Source of the DNA: Negaprion brevirostris
Lineage: Eukaryota
DNA: 64,000 nt
Assembly (NCBI GenBank): GCA_030324005.1
Contig: JARDVH010000073.1
Location: forward strand, 67,763,748 to 67,827,747
Reading direction: 5' to 3'
The notes below the pieces were generated by a model. The model saw only the letters and a list, made by a program, of their open reading frames with translations, did no database searches and had not been told where the DNA came from. The position numbers were made by a program, and so were the translations under genes. Every line of letters starts with the position of its first letter. The first letter of the stretch is position 1. Shown in pieces: positions 25,633 through 37,882 of this stretch.

Positions 25633-28600
25633 ATAAAGCATTAATAATGTTTTCTCTTCCAGTTCCATGTATAATTTTCAAATTAAATGGCTGTAATATA
25701 AAACTGCATCTGAACTGCCTTGCATTCTTATCTTTAAATTTCTCCAGAAATGTTGATGGATTATGATCAGTGTAAACAATAGTCTCCAATGCATTGCTGG
25801 CAACATAAGCGCTAAAATGTTGCAATGCCAACACCAATTTCAATGTCCTCTTCTCAATGGTCAAGTATTTAATTTGATGACCATTTAGCTTTCTGGTAAA
25901 ATACCCAATAGATCTTTTCTAACCTGTTGTCACCGACCTGTAATAGTACAGTACCAACACCCAAATCTCTTGCATCAGTGGTCACCTTTAAATGGTTTTG
26001 CATAATTCAGTGTTGCCAAAACAGTTGTGGTGGTTAATACAGCTCTCAAATTGTAAAATGCCTTCAGGTTCTCAGCCACTCATTGGAATTTTCTGCACTT
26101 CAGCAGGTCAGTCGGTGGAGCAACTACAATGCTAAAATTTGACATTGCAGTACTCCCCTTTTTGTCCACGGTTTTGGGAACTCCCCAATAACAATAATTT
26201 TCAAAGTCCATAAGGTCATTTGTCCATGTTCAAATGAATGGTTTAGGAACGTGACTTGGGCTTCCACAAATTCGTTCTTAGCCATGTTTACCAGCAAGCC
26301 TGCATCCTGAAGTCAATCGACCAATTCCATTAGATGTTTTAAATGTTCCACCCACATCTGACTAAAAGTCACCAGATCATTTATGTACACTACACGATTA
26401 GTACAGCAATTACCTTATTGGTTAAACTTTGGAATGTGACTGGTGCATTCTTCATTCCAATCAGCATGACTTTAAACTGGTACAGGTCATTTGGTATCAC
26501 AAAAGCTGAAATTTCCTTTGCTTTTTCAAATAAAATATCCTTTAAATAAGTCAAGTTTGGAAAGGAAAGTCATTTGTCCCACCTTCTCTGCGCAATCTTC
26601 CAAATGAGGAATAGGGTATGAATCTGACTTTGTAACTGCATTGACTTTTCTACAGTCAGCACACAATTGTTGGGTATCATCTGGTTTTGGTACCATGACT
26701 ATGGGTGAGCTCCACTTGTTGCAACTCACTTCAATTATGTCATTTTTGAGCATACTACCAATTTCTTTTTGGACCTGTGCCTATTTTAGTGGGTTGTCTA
26801 CATGGATGTTGCTTAATTAGAACAGCATTTCTGACATCCATATCATGCACTACTATTTTAGTATTTCCCAGTTTATTACCTCATATCTCTCCATGAGATT
26901 GTAATAACTCTTCCAGGTCATTTTGATTTTCTGCCAGAAGGTAACTCAATAATTTATTTCAATTTCTGGTAACTTCCTCATTATCCAACCTAATTTGAGG
27001 AATGTTAAATTCAAAATCATCTGGATTTGTTTCTTCACTGGGTTGTAACAACTGTTATATCTTTTGCTTTTCTTCCTTATCAAAATATCATTTGAGCAAA
27101 TTAACATGGCACTGACTTTTCCTTCTATCTGGCATTCTAATCAAAACACTTCAATCAATTATCTTTTGATTTGATCAGGCCCAGTAAACCTTTTTAATGG
27201 TTCACATGCAACTGGTAATAATAATAATACTTCACCCCCAATAGCACAAGTACAATTTTTTGATATCTTGTCTGCTTCTTTGTTTCATTGCATGCTGGTC
27301 AACTCTCCAGACCTAGCTGATCTCTCCCTGAAGTTTGACACACAGTCGAGCAATGTCTCAAAACAATGACTCACCAGTTTTCTTTTGATCAATTGGTCCT
27401 GTTATCTCATCACAAAAAATCAATTCAAGTAGACTTAATTTAGTTGCATCCCTAATTGCCAAAAGTACAAATGAAGTTCCTTTATCCCAATCCTCTGGAT
27501 TATCGTGACTATAGATCTTTAAAGTTTGATGTCACCGTTCCGATGCTTCCTGTGATTCTGGATGGTGTGCAGTTGATTTAAATTGCTTTACTCCAAAGCT
27601 ATCCACAACTTCCCTGAATAACTTTGACATTCAATTTAATCCTTGATCTGATTGGATTTCTGTGGGTAGATTGTATCTAGTAAATAATTTAAGTTGCTCC
27701 TATACAATCCTTTTAGCTGAAATATTATGAAATCGAATGGCCTTCAGAAATCTAGTAGGCACATCCATTATAGTCAACAAATATTGATTCCACTTTTCAT
27801 TGTAAGCAGGGGTCCACACATTCAATTAGGACCTTCGTTAAAGGTCATCAAATGCTGAAAAGGTATTAATGATGCTGGCTTTATTTCCACTTGAATTTTT
27901 CTACTACCTGACGTGTGACAAAAATTTGCTACATCTTTTTGTAGTCCAGGCCAATAAAAATGTTTTGTATTTGTGATTGAGTTTTCTGGCTCCTAAATGA
28001 CAACCTACTTGTACTTCATGTTACCACCTTTCTGCAACTCACCAGTAATACTACTTGATGAACTTCTGCCCATTTTCATCAGCCTGAAAATGTAAAGGTC
28101 TCCATTTCCTCATTACAACATGATTTTTAATGTAATAACACTCCAGTATACACTCAGATTCTTCTTCTATGTATGCTTTCTGATGCATCTGCTTTATCTT
28201 TGCATCTTTATGTTGTAATTCTGCCAACTTTCCTGAGCTAAAAGTATTGGCTTTGTCCACCACTTTCTCAACCATCTGGTCAAAAATGGTTTCTGATAAC
28301 TGAACTTCAGTCTCTTTATCTTTATTCTTTGATTTCTCTTCCCGTCTCAAACTGTGGCTTTGTGATCTTGTTGTAAGACAGGAAATATCCCAGGATATTT
28401 GTCCTTCAACATCTCAGTCGTTTGATTTTCTGTTGGCTTTCCATCACATACAGCATCACTCTGCCCGGTGATCCAACTAGATTGTTATGAAGGATAAATT
28501 GTATTCCCAGAAAAGATCATTTCTCTATTACTCGTACACCACGTTTCATCAGACTCCAACCTCACTGTATATAATGGAACACTATTTCACCATGTTACCT

Positions 28601-28731
28601 CTGGCATAATCCTTCTGAACTACAAATCTCATCTCTCACCATTAAAGATTTGACTTGCTCCCACATCTCTCAAGATTTTAACTTCTTTACCTACTCCTCC
28701 ACGTACACACGAGTAAACTTTACTCACACAA
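25633..28731 (-). mobile_element. Decayed Gmr1-type gypsy LTR retrotransposon, internal pol region (PR-INT-RT-RH)
   Basis: Minus-strand order: KILRDVGASQ (protease, ~28660); HFYWPGLQKDV, YLLTIMD..TRF and EIQSDQG (integrase, ~27400-28050); WSSPIVMVPKPD..RKVNAVTKSDSYPIP and KLDLFKGY (RT, ~26200-26850); TIEK..IVYTDHNP (RNase H). Many frameshifts. Confidence 0.9.
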
Positions 28732-30170
28732 GAGGGCGGCAAATGTTGTGCTATTGTTTAAAAAGGGCTGCAGGGAAAAGTCTGGGAACTACAGGCCAGT
28801 GAGCCTCACATCTGTAGTGGGTAAGTTGTTAGAAGGTATTCTGAGAGATAGGCATTTAGAGAGGCAAGGACTGATTAGGGACAGTCAGCATGGCTTTGTG
28901 AGTGAAAAATCATGTCTCTCAAATTTGATTGAGTTTTTTGAAGGGATAGCCAAGAAGCTAGGTGAGGCCAGTACAGTTGTTGTCTGTGTGGACTTTAGCA
29001 AGGCCTTTGATAAGGTACCGCATGGTAGGTTGTTGCATAAGATTAAATCTCACAAGATCTAGGGTGAGGTAGCCAAATGGATACAAAATTGGCTTGATGA
29101 CAGACAGAGGGTGGTTGTAGATGGTTTTTCAAACCGGAGGCCTGTGACCTGCGGTGTGTCTCAGGGATCAGTATTGGGTCCACTGTTATTTGTCATTTAT
29201 ACTAATGATTTGGATGAGAATTTAGGAGGCATGGTTAGAAATTTGCAGATGACATCAAGATTGGTAGCATAGTGGACAGTGAAGAAGGTTATCTCCAATT
29301 GCAATGAGATCTTGATCAATTGGACCAATGGGCTGTTGAATGGCAGATGGAGTTTAATTTAAATAAATGTGAGTTGATGCACTTTGGTAGATTGAACTAG
29401 GACAGGACTAATTCAGTTAATGATAGGGTGTTCAGGAGAGTTATAGAACAAAGGAATCGGGGTATAGGCTCATAGCTCACTGAAAGTGGAGTCACAGGTG
29501 GACAGGGTGGTGAAGAAGGTATTCAGCATGCTTGGTTTCATTGTTCAGAACTTTGAGTACGGGAGTTGAGACATCTTGTTGAAGTTGTACAAGACATTGG
29601 TAATGCCACTCTTGGAATACGGTGTACAGTTCTGGTCACCCTATTGTAGAAAAGATATTAAACTAGAAAGAGCGCAGAAAAGATTTACTAGGATGCTACC
29701 GGGATTTGATGGTTTGAGTGATAAGAAGAGGCTGGTTAGACTGGGATTTTTTTCTCTGGAGCACAGGAGGCTTAGGGGTGATCTTACAAAAGATCCTATA
29801 TGCCCCTTATTAAAATAATGAGGGACATAGATCTGCTAGACAGTCAATATCTTTTCCCAAAGGCAGGGGAGTCCTAAAATCCCGAGGACATATGTTTAAG
29901 GTGAGAGGGGAGAGATACAAAAGGATCCAGAGGGACAATCTTTTCACATTCAGGATGGTGAGTGTCTGGAACAATCTTCCAGAGGTAATAGTAGAGGTGG
30001 GTAGAATTTTGTCTTTTAAAAAGCATTCAGACATCTGAGTAAAATGGCTATCGAGAGATATGGGTCAAATGCGGACATTTGGGGCTAGCTTAGATGTCAA
30101 ATAAAAAAGAGCGGCATGGGCAAGTTGGGTCAAAGGGCTTGTTTCCATACTGTAATCCTCTATGACTCTT
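28732..30170 (+). mobile_element. CR1/HER1 LINE, RT to 3' end
   Basis: NYRPVSLTSVVGKLLE, DSQHGF, DFSKAFDKVPHGRLL, LYKTLV. Confidence 0.9.
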
Positions 30171-30171
30171 T

Positions 30172-30502
30172 AGTGGAAAAGTGGTTAGCACTGCCAGGTG
30201 GCACCAGGGACCCAGGTTCAATTCTGGTCTTAGACACAGGGAGAATGTGAAATTCCACAGGCACCTGTGGGTTTTCTCTGGCTGCTTCGGTTTCCTTCCA
30301 CAGTTTAAAAGATGTGCAAGTTAGGTAGATTGGCCATGCTAAATTGCCCCATGGTGTCTCAAGATGTGTAGATTAGATGGATTAGCCTGGTAAATGTGGT
30401 GTTGGTGGGATAGGGTAGGGGAGAGAGCCTGAGAAAGATGCTTTGTCGAAGAGTTGATGGAGACTTGATGGGCCAAATGGCCTCTTCTGCACTGTGGTGA
30501 TA
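30172..30502 (+). mobile_element. HE1-like tRNA-derived SINE
   Basis: gtggttagcactgcc A box, ggttcaattc B box, V-domain ggtttccttccacagt..aaagatgtgc, CR1-like tail. Confidence 0.75.
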
Positions 30503-30702
30503 CTAAGATCTCCACCAGGCCTTTGACTACGATGGGTTCATTCTTTCTCTCTATCCTCATCCCTACTCCCATCTTTTATCTTTACCTCACCATTTTAAAT
30601 TGGCATTTGCTTTTCAGTTCCAGTTTCTAAAGTTCAAATTCCCTTTGTTCTGCCAAAGCTAATATTTCTCTGTCTTTGGCCTCTAATTCAAGCTATTTCA
30701 TT

Positions 30703-31069
30703 TGTAACCCCAGAAGGGTTAAAAGGCTGGAAACATAGCTCCTATGTGAGCTTTTTTTTTGTGTCAACTGATTCTGAAGAAGGTGCATGTCCATGGGGAT
30801 ATTGCTTAAATTGGAACTATAGAGATAGCTAGCTGTAAGAATTATACTTTGTCATGTTTAGTATTTTAATTGATAAAAGTTTTGCTCATTCTTTTTGTTA
30901 TATTTTAACTGTGTTAAATAAAGTTTGTTTTGACAAAAGCTTTCTAATGTGTCAATTGAATCATACCTGGAGTGAAACAGCTTACATTCGCCCTAATGCC
31001 AAAATCAAAACAAAAGGTTGAGGTCTAGGCTAACTTCATAATATACCTTGGAGTTTCTGATCTGAGACA
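30703..31069 (+). mobile_element. Possible solo LTR remnant
   Basis: Starts TGtaac, ends CA, with an internal aataaa at ~30917. No TSD confirmed. Confidence 0.3.
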
Positions 31070-31435
31070 GAGATGTCCCATGTAACTTCTGTCCTTGTTC
31101 AACTAGGTGTTGAGATTGTGAATTTGGAAAATGCTGTTGAAGGAGCCATTCACCCTAACAGTCTTTATTTATCATCACGCATGTAGGTCCTTTTGGAGAG
31201 TTGTGGGGAGGTAGTGGAAGAATTCCCTGGCTGATTATCAACCTATTGAACTATCATGAAAACCCGTACCATGTTCTGGTGTGGGACTTGAACCCAAAAT
31301 TTCTGGCCTAGAAATGGGAACAGTACCACTGCAGTGAGGCCTGTTGATGGTACACACTGAATTCACTGTGTATCAGTAGTGGAGAGAGTGAATGCTTAAG
31401 GTGTAGGACAGGGTGCCACACACAAGAAACAATTG

Positions 31436-31810
31436 CTTCTTGATTCTTTCATGGGATGTGTCACTGGTAAGGCCAGCAGTTGTCCATCCCTAATTGCCCT
31501 GGAACTAAGTGATTTGCCATCACAGCTTCAGAGAGCAGTTAAGAGTCAGCCACATTGCTGTGGATCTGGAGTCTCATGTAGGTCAGATCAGGTCAGGTAG
31601 ACATCCTTCCCTAAAGAACATTAGTGAACTCATGGGATTTTACAACAAAAGTTTCGTGGTCAAGGTTACTAAGACTAGCTTTTCAATTACAGATTATTAA
31701 TTGAATTTAAGTTTTTACCTGCTGTGTTGGAATTTGAGCCCCTGACCATAGAGTCATTAGGTGCCTGGGCTTCTTAATTACTAGTCCAGTACATTACCAC
31801 TACTCCACCA
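31436..31810 (-). mobile_element. tRNA-derived SINE, second family
   Basis: Minus strand starts ggtggagtagtggtaatgtactggactagtaat. Paralogous copies at 53140-53490 and 57690-57845; tail only at ~12878-12965. Confidence 0.7.
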
Positions 31811-31855
31811 TTTCCCTCTAAATGTCAACTTCAAGAGGGTTGGAGCTGCACTCAA

Positions 31856-33025
31856 TTGTAGAGGTTTACAGCTTGGAAACAGGCCCTTTGGTCCAACTTG
31901 TCCATGCTGCCCAGTTTTTACCATTAAGTTAGTCACAATAGCCCACATTGGGCCCATATTCATCTATATCAATCTTACCTGTATAACTGCCTAAATGCTT
32001 TTTAAAAGAGAAAATTGCCTCTACCGCTCCTGGCAGCTCATTCCGAACACCCCACCACCCTGTGTGTGAAACAGTTGCCCCTCTGGACCCTTTTGTGTAT
32101 TTCACCTTAAACCTAAGTCCTCTAGCTTTAGAGTCCCCTATATTTGGAAAAGGTGTTGATTATCTACCTTATCTATGCCCCTCATTATTTTATAGACCTC
32201 TGTAAGATCACCCCTAAGCCTCCTATGCTCCAGGAAAAAAAGTCCCAGTCTATATCTCCTTATAATTCAAACCATCAAGTCCAGTAGCAAAGAACAAAGA
32301 ACACCACAGCACGGGAAACAGGCCCTTCGGCCCAACGCGCCTGCGCCGCCATTTTAACAATGTGCTTTTCCTCTTCCACCCTTGACCCATGTCTGTGCTT
32401 ATGGCATCCACATTGGAAATCAGATTCAGGGGAGAATAATTTAGGGACAATTTGTTACACCAATCAGCCTAAGAGCACATCTTTGGGGTGTGGGAGGNNN
32501 NNNNNNNNNNNNNNNNNNNNNNNNNNNNNNNNNNNNNNNNNNNNNNNNNNNNNNNNNNNNNNNNNNNNNNNNNNNNNNNNNNNNNNNNNNNNNNNNNCCG
32601 CCAAAGCCATTTCATGCCCCCTTTTCGCCCTTCTAACTCCCCTTTTGAGCTCCCTCCTAGTCTCTCTATATTCCTCCAGTGCTCTCTCCTAGCATCCTAG
32701 TAAATCTTTTAGTTTAATATCCTCTCTACAGTAGGGTGACCAAACCTGTACTGGTATTTCAAGTGTGGTCTTATCAATGTTTTGTACTTCAACAAGACAT
32801 CCCAATTCCAAATAAATGAAACCAAGCATGCCAAATGCTTTCTTCACCACCCTGTCCACTTGTGACTCCACTTTCAAGGAACTGTGAGCTTGTCTCTTTA
32901 TTCTATAATGATCCTTGATGGCTGACCATTAACTAAGTGAGTCCTGCCCTGGTTCAATCTACCAAAACGCATCACCTTGCATTTATCTAAACTCCATCTG
33001 CTATTTATCAGCCCACTGGCCTCAT
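31856..33025 (-). mobile_element. CR1 LINE 3' fragment with nested insertions at ~32289-32690
   Basis: KVESQVDRVVKKAFGMLGFI. Same subfamily as 28732-30170, in the opposite orientation. Confidence 0.8.
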
Positions 33026-33077
33026 CCAAGCAAGTAAATATTCCATCACAATTCTGAACTGTGCCTTTTAAATGGTT

Positions 33078-33358
33078 AACACATTAAGAAGTCTGACAAC
33101 ACCAGGTTTAAGTCGAACGGATTTATGATAGTAGACTCACAAGCTTTCGGGCTTCCTCCTTTCAGCAGGTGAATGGAGCGTTCGGGCTTCAGACAGAGCA
33201 TGTAACAGCACATTCGGTATCTTGTCTGCTTTCTTGCATCTTTGTAAAAACTTGCTGTCTGTGTCAACTTTATCAAATAAATCGGTTAGACTTACTTAAA
33301 CCTGGTGTTGTCAGACTTCTTACTGTGTTTACCCCAGTCCAATGCCGGCATCTCCACA
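33078..33358 (-). mobile_element. Penelope-derived element with inverted terminal arms (third copy of the family)
   Basis: Reverse complement of the atgtggagatgcc leader at the right end; inverted arms taagaagtctgacaacaccaggtt; TSD ttttaaatggtt at 33066-77 and 33359-70. Confidence 0.8.
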
Positions 33359-33609
33359 TTTTAAATGGTTGACAGGCTTTGAGGAGTCAGGAGGTGAGTT
33401 ATTCATTGCAGAATTCCTGGCCTCTGACATCAAAAGTTACTGTAAAAGCTTTAATCATCATGCCATCATTGATGGCAATGTTTGCAGAAATTCCTCTTGT
33501 TAGTTAAATTGTGCACAGCCACTTATGACTGGATATGGCAAGATTACAGAGCTTTGATCTGATCTACTGGTTGTGAAATTGTTGAACTGGCTCTGCTGTT
33601 TAGCATTTG

Positions 33610-35472
33610 TGGTATAGGGCAAAGGCCCATTACATCCAAATTAGAAAGGAAATGGGGAACGTGGATTGGGAGTGGCTATTTGAGGGCAAATCCACGTCTA
33701 GTATGTGGGAGGCTTTTAAAGGCCATTTGATTGAAATGCAGGACAGGCGTGTCCCAGCAAAAATGAAGGATAGAAATGGCAGGATTCAGGAACCATGGAT
33801 TAAAGGGAAATTGTAAGGGAAAAGGAAACATATAATCAGTCTAAGCATCTAAAAACTGACAAAGCCGTTGGGGAATACAGTGAAAGTAGGAAGGAACTTA
33901 AACATGGAATTAAGAAGGCTAAAAGGAGCCATGAAATGTCTTTAGCAAACAAGGTCAAGGAGAATCCCAAGACTTTTTATGCATATATTAGAAGCAAGAG
34001 TCAACCCACTCAAAGACAATGGGGGGAAGTTATGTGTGGGACCACAGGAATTGGTTGAGATTGTTCATGAGTACTTTGTAACAGTATTCACCAAGGAGAT
34101 GAACATGACAGATATTGAGGTCAGGGATAGATATGTGGACACTCCTGAGAACATCAACATATACAAGGAGGAAGGAACCAGATGGGATCTATTCCAGGCT
34201 ACTGCGGGAGGCAAGGGGAGACATAGCTGGGACCTTGACGGATATCCTTACATACTCTTTGATCACAGGTGAGGTTTCAGAGGTTAGCTAATGTTGTTCC
34301 CTTGTTTAGGAAAGAAGCAGGGATAATCTAGGAAATTATAGGCTGGTGATTCTGACATCAGTGGTGGGGAAGCTTTTGGAGAAGATACTGAAGGACAGGA
34401 TATATACACATTTGGAGAAAAATGGACTAGTTGGTGACATGCAGCATGGTTTTGTACAGGAAAGGTCACCAACTTGATTTGTTTTGAAGAGTGACAAAGA
34501 ATTGATGAGGGAAGGGCTGTGGATGTAGTTTCTATGACTTTAGTAAGGTGTTTGACAAGGTCCCACATGGCAGACTGGTTCAAAAAGTAAAAAAATCAGA
34601 GGTCTGATTAGATGGATATAGAACAGGCTTGATTACAGAAGACACAGTAGCAATGGACGGGTGTTTTTCAGGATGGAGATCTGTAGCTAATGATGTTCCA
34701 CAGTGATCAGTGCTGGGACCTCTGTTGTTTGTAGTGTCTGTTAATGATCTGGAAGAAAATGTTGGGTATCTAATTAGTGAGTTTACAAATAACACACTGG
34801 CGTTGCCAATAGTGTTGGGGATTGTCAGAGGATACAACAGGATACAGATTGGTGACTTAGGCACAAAAATGGCAGATGGAGTTTAATCTGGATAAATGTG
34901 AGGTGATGCATTTTGGAAGATCAAGTTTAGGTGTGAATAGCACAACTCTTAAGAACATCAACATACAGAGGGATCTGGGGATGCAAGTCCACAGCGCCCT
35001 AAAAGTGGCACGTGTGGCCAAGGTGATTAAGCAGGCATATGACATGCTTGCCTTTATCAGCTAGGGCACTGAGTACAAGAGTTGGGAAATCATGTTGCAG
35101 CTGTATGAAATCATGGGTAGGCTGCATTTGAAGTATCGTGTGCAGTTCTGGTCACCACATGAGCAGGACATGGAAGCTTTGGGGAAGAGTGCAACAAAGG
35201 TTCGCCACAATGTTGCCTGGCCTCAAAGGTGGTTGGTTATGAGGGTGAATAAACTAGGATTGATTTTCACTGGAAAGACAGGCTGAGGGGAAACCTGATA
35301 AAGGTTTACAAAATTGAGAGGCTTAGGCAGGGTGGATAATCAGAGGCTTTTTCCTAGAGTGGAAGCATCAAGTTTAAGGTGATGGGGAAAGCTTAAAGGA
35401 GAAAGGCAGGGCAAGTTTTTCACGCAGAGAATAGTGGGTGACTGGAATGCTCTGCCAGAGGAGGTGGTGGAT
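33610..35472 (+). mobile_element. CR1/HER1 LINE, decayed ORF2
   Basis: MWEAFK, EYFVTVFTKE, MEFNLDKCEVMHFG, MLQLY. Confidence 0.88.
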
Positions 35473-37229
35473 TCCCAGTTTTGACCTAATTTTTTTCTGC
35501 ATCTATCCCATTAGTCCACACAGAGAACATCTCCATATGAAGACAAGGCTGCTTCCTCAAGGACTGTGCAGCAATCACTTCTACCATGGGTAGACTTATC
35601 AGCAACAAATAGATTGGCATGGATGAGGTCAAGTAGATTTTTCCCTCTTTTTAATTCCTTTGCTACACAATCACACAGATATGCTCTTCAAAACACAGCC
35701 AGCTGTGGTGAATAGTAAAGATCCTGCCCATACTAAAATTTGCCCTTACTATCCTCCATGCCTTCTCTCAAATGGTGTTCAACATGGAGAAGTACAAATT
35801 CACCAGGTGGAAACAGATGGTGGCTGGTAATGAAGTTTCCCTGTCCCATGTTTGACTTGATGCCATGAGTCTTAACAAGAGTCTGAAGCCATCTCCCTAG
35901 AATACATATTTTCTTCAGTGTGTGCATTAGGTCACATTTAAAAAATAAATGTGTCACTCACATCTCACAAATGAGTTTTTAAAAATATAAATCCTCAGCT
36001 TCTTGCTTCAATCTTCCTCTGCCAACAGAACTGCAAGTGGTTGTTAGGGTGAATTTATGCAATATACTTCATTAGTATCATACAGTTCAACTCTACAATA
36101 GCTCCTGATTTCAGCTGAGGGGGGCAGTGGGTAGTGACTGTGTAAAGATTTTTCACACTTCTGTGCAGGCGGATCCTAATTAAACTATTTTACAGTTGAG
36201 CAGACTCTGAACTTCCTTTTTCCAGGTCTGTACATTGAAGGTGGTCAGAATGTCTTGCTCCACTGATCATTGCTGTATACGTTCCTTTTTAAAATGATTT
36301 CAAATGTTCTTCATTAGCGTAAAATACACAACAACATTAGCTGGTTCTGAGCTTAAACAGAATAGACACTTGCTATGTTCAGAATTTTATGATATAATTC
36401 ATGTAAATATTTTATTTTAAAGTCACACACTACACTATAAAACAAATAAAATTACATGAAATGTGATGTGAGGTCTTCAGAAACTGAAATGGACCATCAC
36501 CTCTCACCATACAGCAAGATGTACAAATATCATCTGCTTTACACACACATCAAAGCATAAAGCAGTCAACAAGTGATAGCAATAAATTTCAATATTAAAC
36601 ATACAATAAACTATTTGGTAAAGAAAGTGTCACACATTGTAATTCAAGAGACAATTCTGCTTATCAGATGATTTCTTTTAGCTACACCTAAGATAGGATA
36701 TAAGTAAACCTAACACCCCAATTTTGCATTTTCCAGGCAAGTATTGTAAAGGCACAATTAAATACTAAAATGTACCATTATAAAGGAAAATATTTGGGTG
36801 TTGGGTAAGGAATCCAAAGCATTCCTCATTGCAGCTGCCTAAGCAATCATCCATTAACTTTCAATGAACCTGTACTTATAACATTTTCCAACTCTGGGAT
36901 GAGCAAGAACAAAACACTGGCTCCACTTGGGTACCAATTTATACAATGTCAGCTGGTATAGACTGTTCGAGGGAAGCACTTAAAGAAAGTTGTCCCTTTC
37001 AGAGGGCAATTACTACAGATCCATACCAAACAAAAGAGCCTGCTTTCAGCTCGGTATCTGATGATAACTCTCACTATGCTGTTATCTTCCCTTGTGCACA
37101 ACCACTTCCTATCTACCCACCCTGCAACAGGGGAAATCTCTCACTCCTTTCCTCCCCAGTTAGAAAATGTATGTAAACTTAACATAGCTGGGTAAAAAAC
37201 ATGGAAGTAAGCAACCAGAATAATAAAGA

Positions 37230-37688
37230 AACCAAATGTGGTACTTTGAAGTGAAAGAATAAGTGAACTCAGGTTGATCAAGAAGAGGATTGAAAGTAAG
37301 CTACTGAAGAACATTAAAACTAAAACTTTCTATAGGTATGTAAAGAGAAAAACCTGTTTGACAAAAAATGTAGGACCCTTACACTCAGCATCGGGTGAAT
37401 TCACAACAGAAAACAAAGGAATGGCTTCCTTCGTGGAGACAGAAGCAAAGCACATGAAGTTCTGAGGAACCCAAGTTTTAGTGAGGAGCTGAAGGAAATC
37501 AGTAATAACAGCAAAATTTGAGAAATTGATGGGATTGAAGGCAGATAAATCTCAAGGGCTTGATAATCTTAATCCCAAAGTTGTTAAAGGAAGTGGCCCT
37601 AGAACTTGTCCCATTGGTGGCTATTTTTAAAAATTCTTCGCACTCTGGAATGGTTCCTACAGATCGGAGGATAGCTAATGTAAACCTG
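37230..37688 (+). mobile_element. Old CR1 ORF2 fragment
   Basis: NIKTKTFYRYVKRK, NVGPL, GMVPTDRRIANV. Confidence 0.7.
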
Positions 37689-37696
37689 CCCACTAG

Positions 37697-37882
37697 ACAG
37701 CACAATGGTTAACTTGCTCCCTCACAGTGCCAGGCACTCGAGCTCAATTTCAGTCTTGGATGTCTTTGTGTTGGACTTTGCACATTCTCCCCATGTCTGT
37801 ATGGGTTTCCTCTGTATGCTCTGGTTTCCTGCCACAGTCCAAAAATGTGCAGGTTAACTGGATTGGTCATGCTAAATTGCCG
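37697..37882 (+). mobile_element. HE1-like SINE (5' part)
   Basis: A/B-box remnants and V-domain ILPMSVWVSS-type sequence. Confidence 0.75.

Noticed and set aside
25466-25864. 132 aa ORF joining gypsy RNase H to CR1 ORF2 sequence
   Set aside because: Chance in-frame junction of two decayed TEs at ~25632, with no sign of a domesticated gene.
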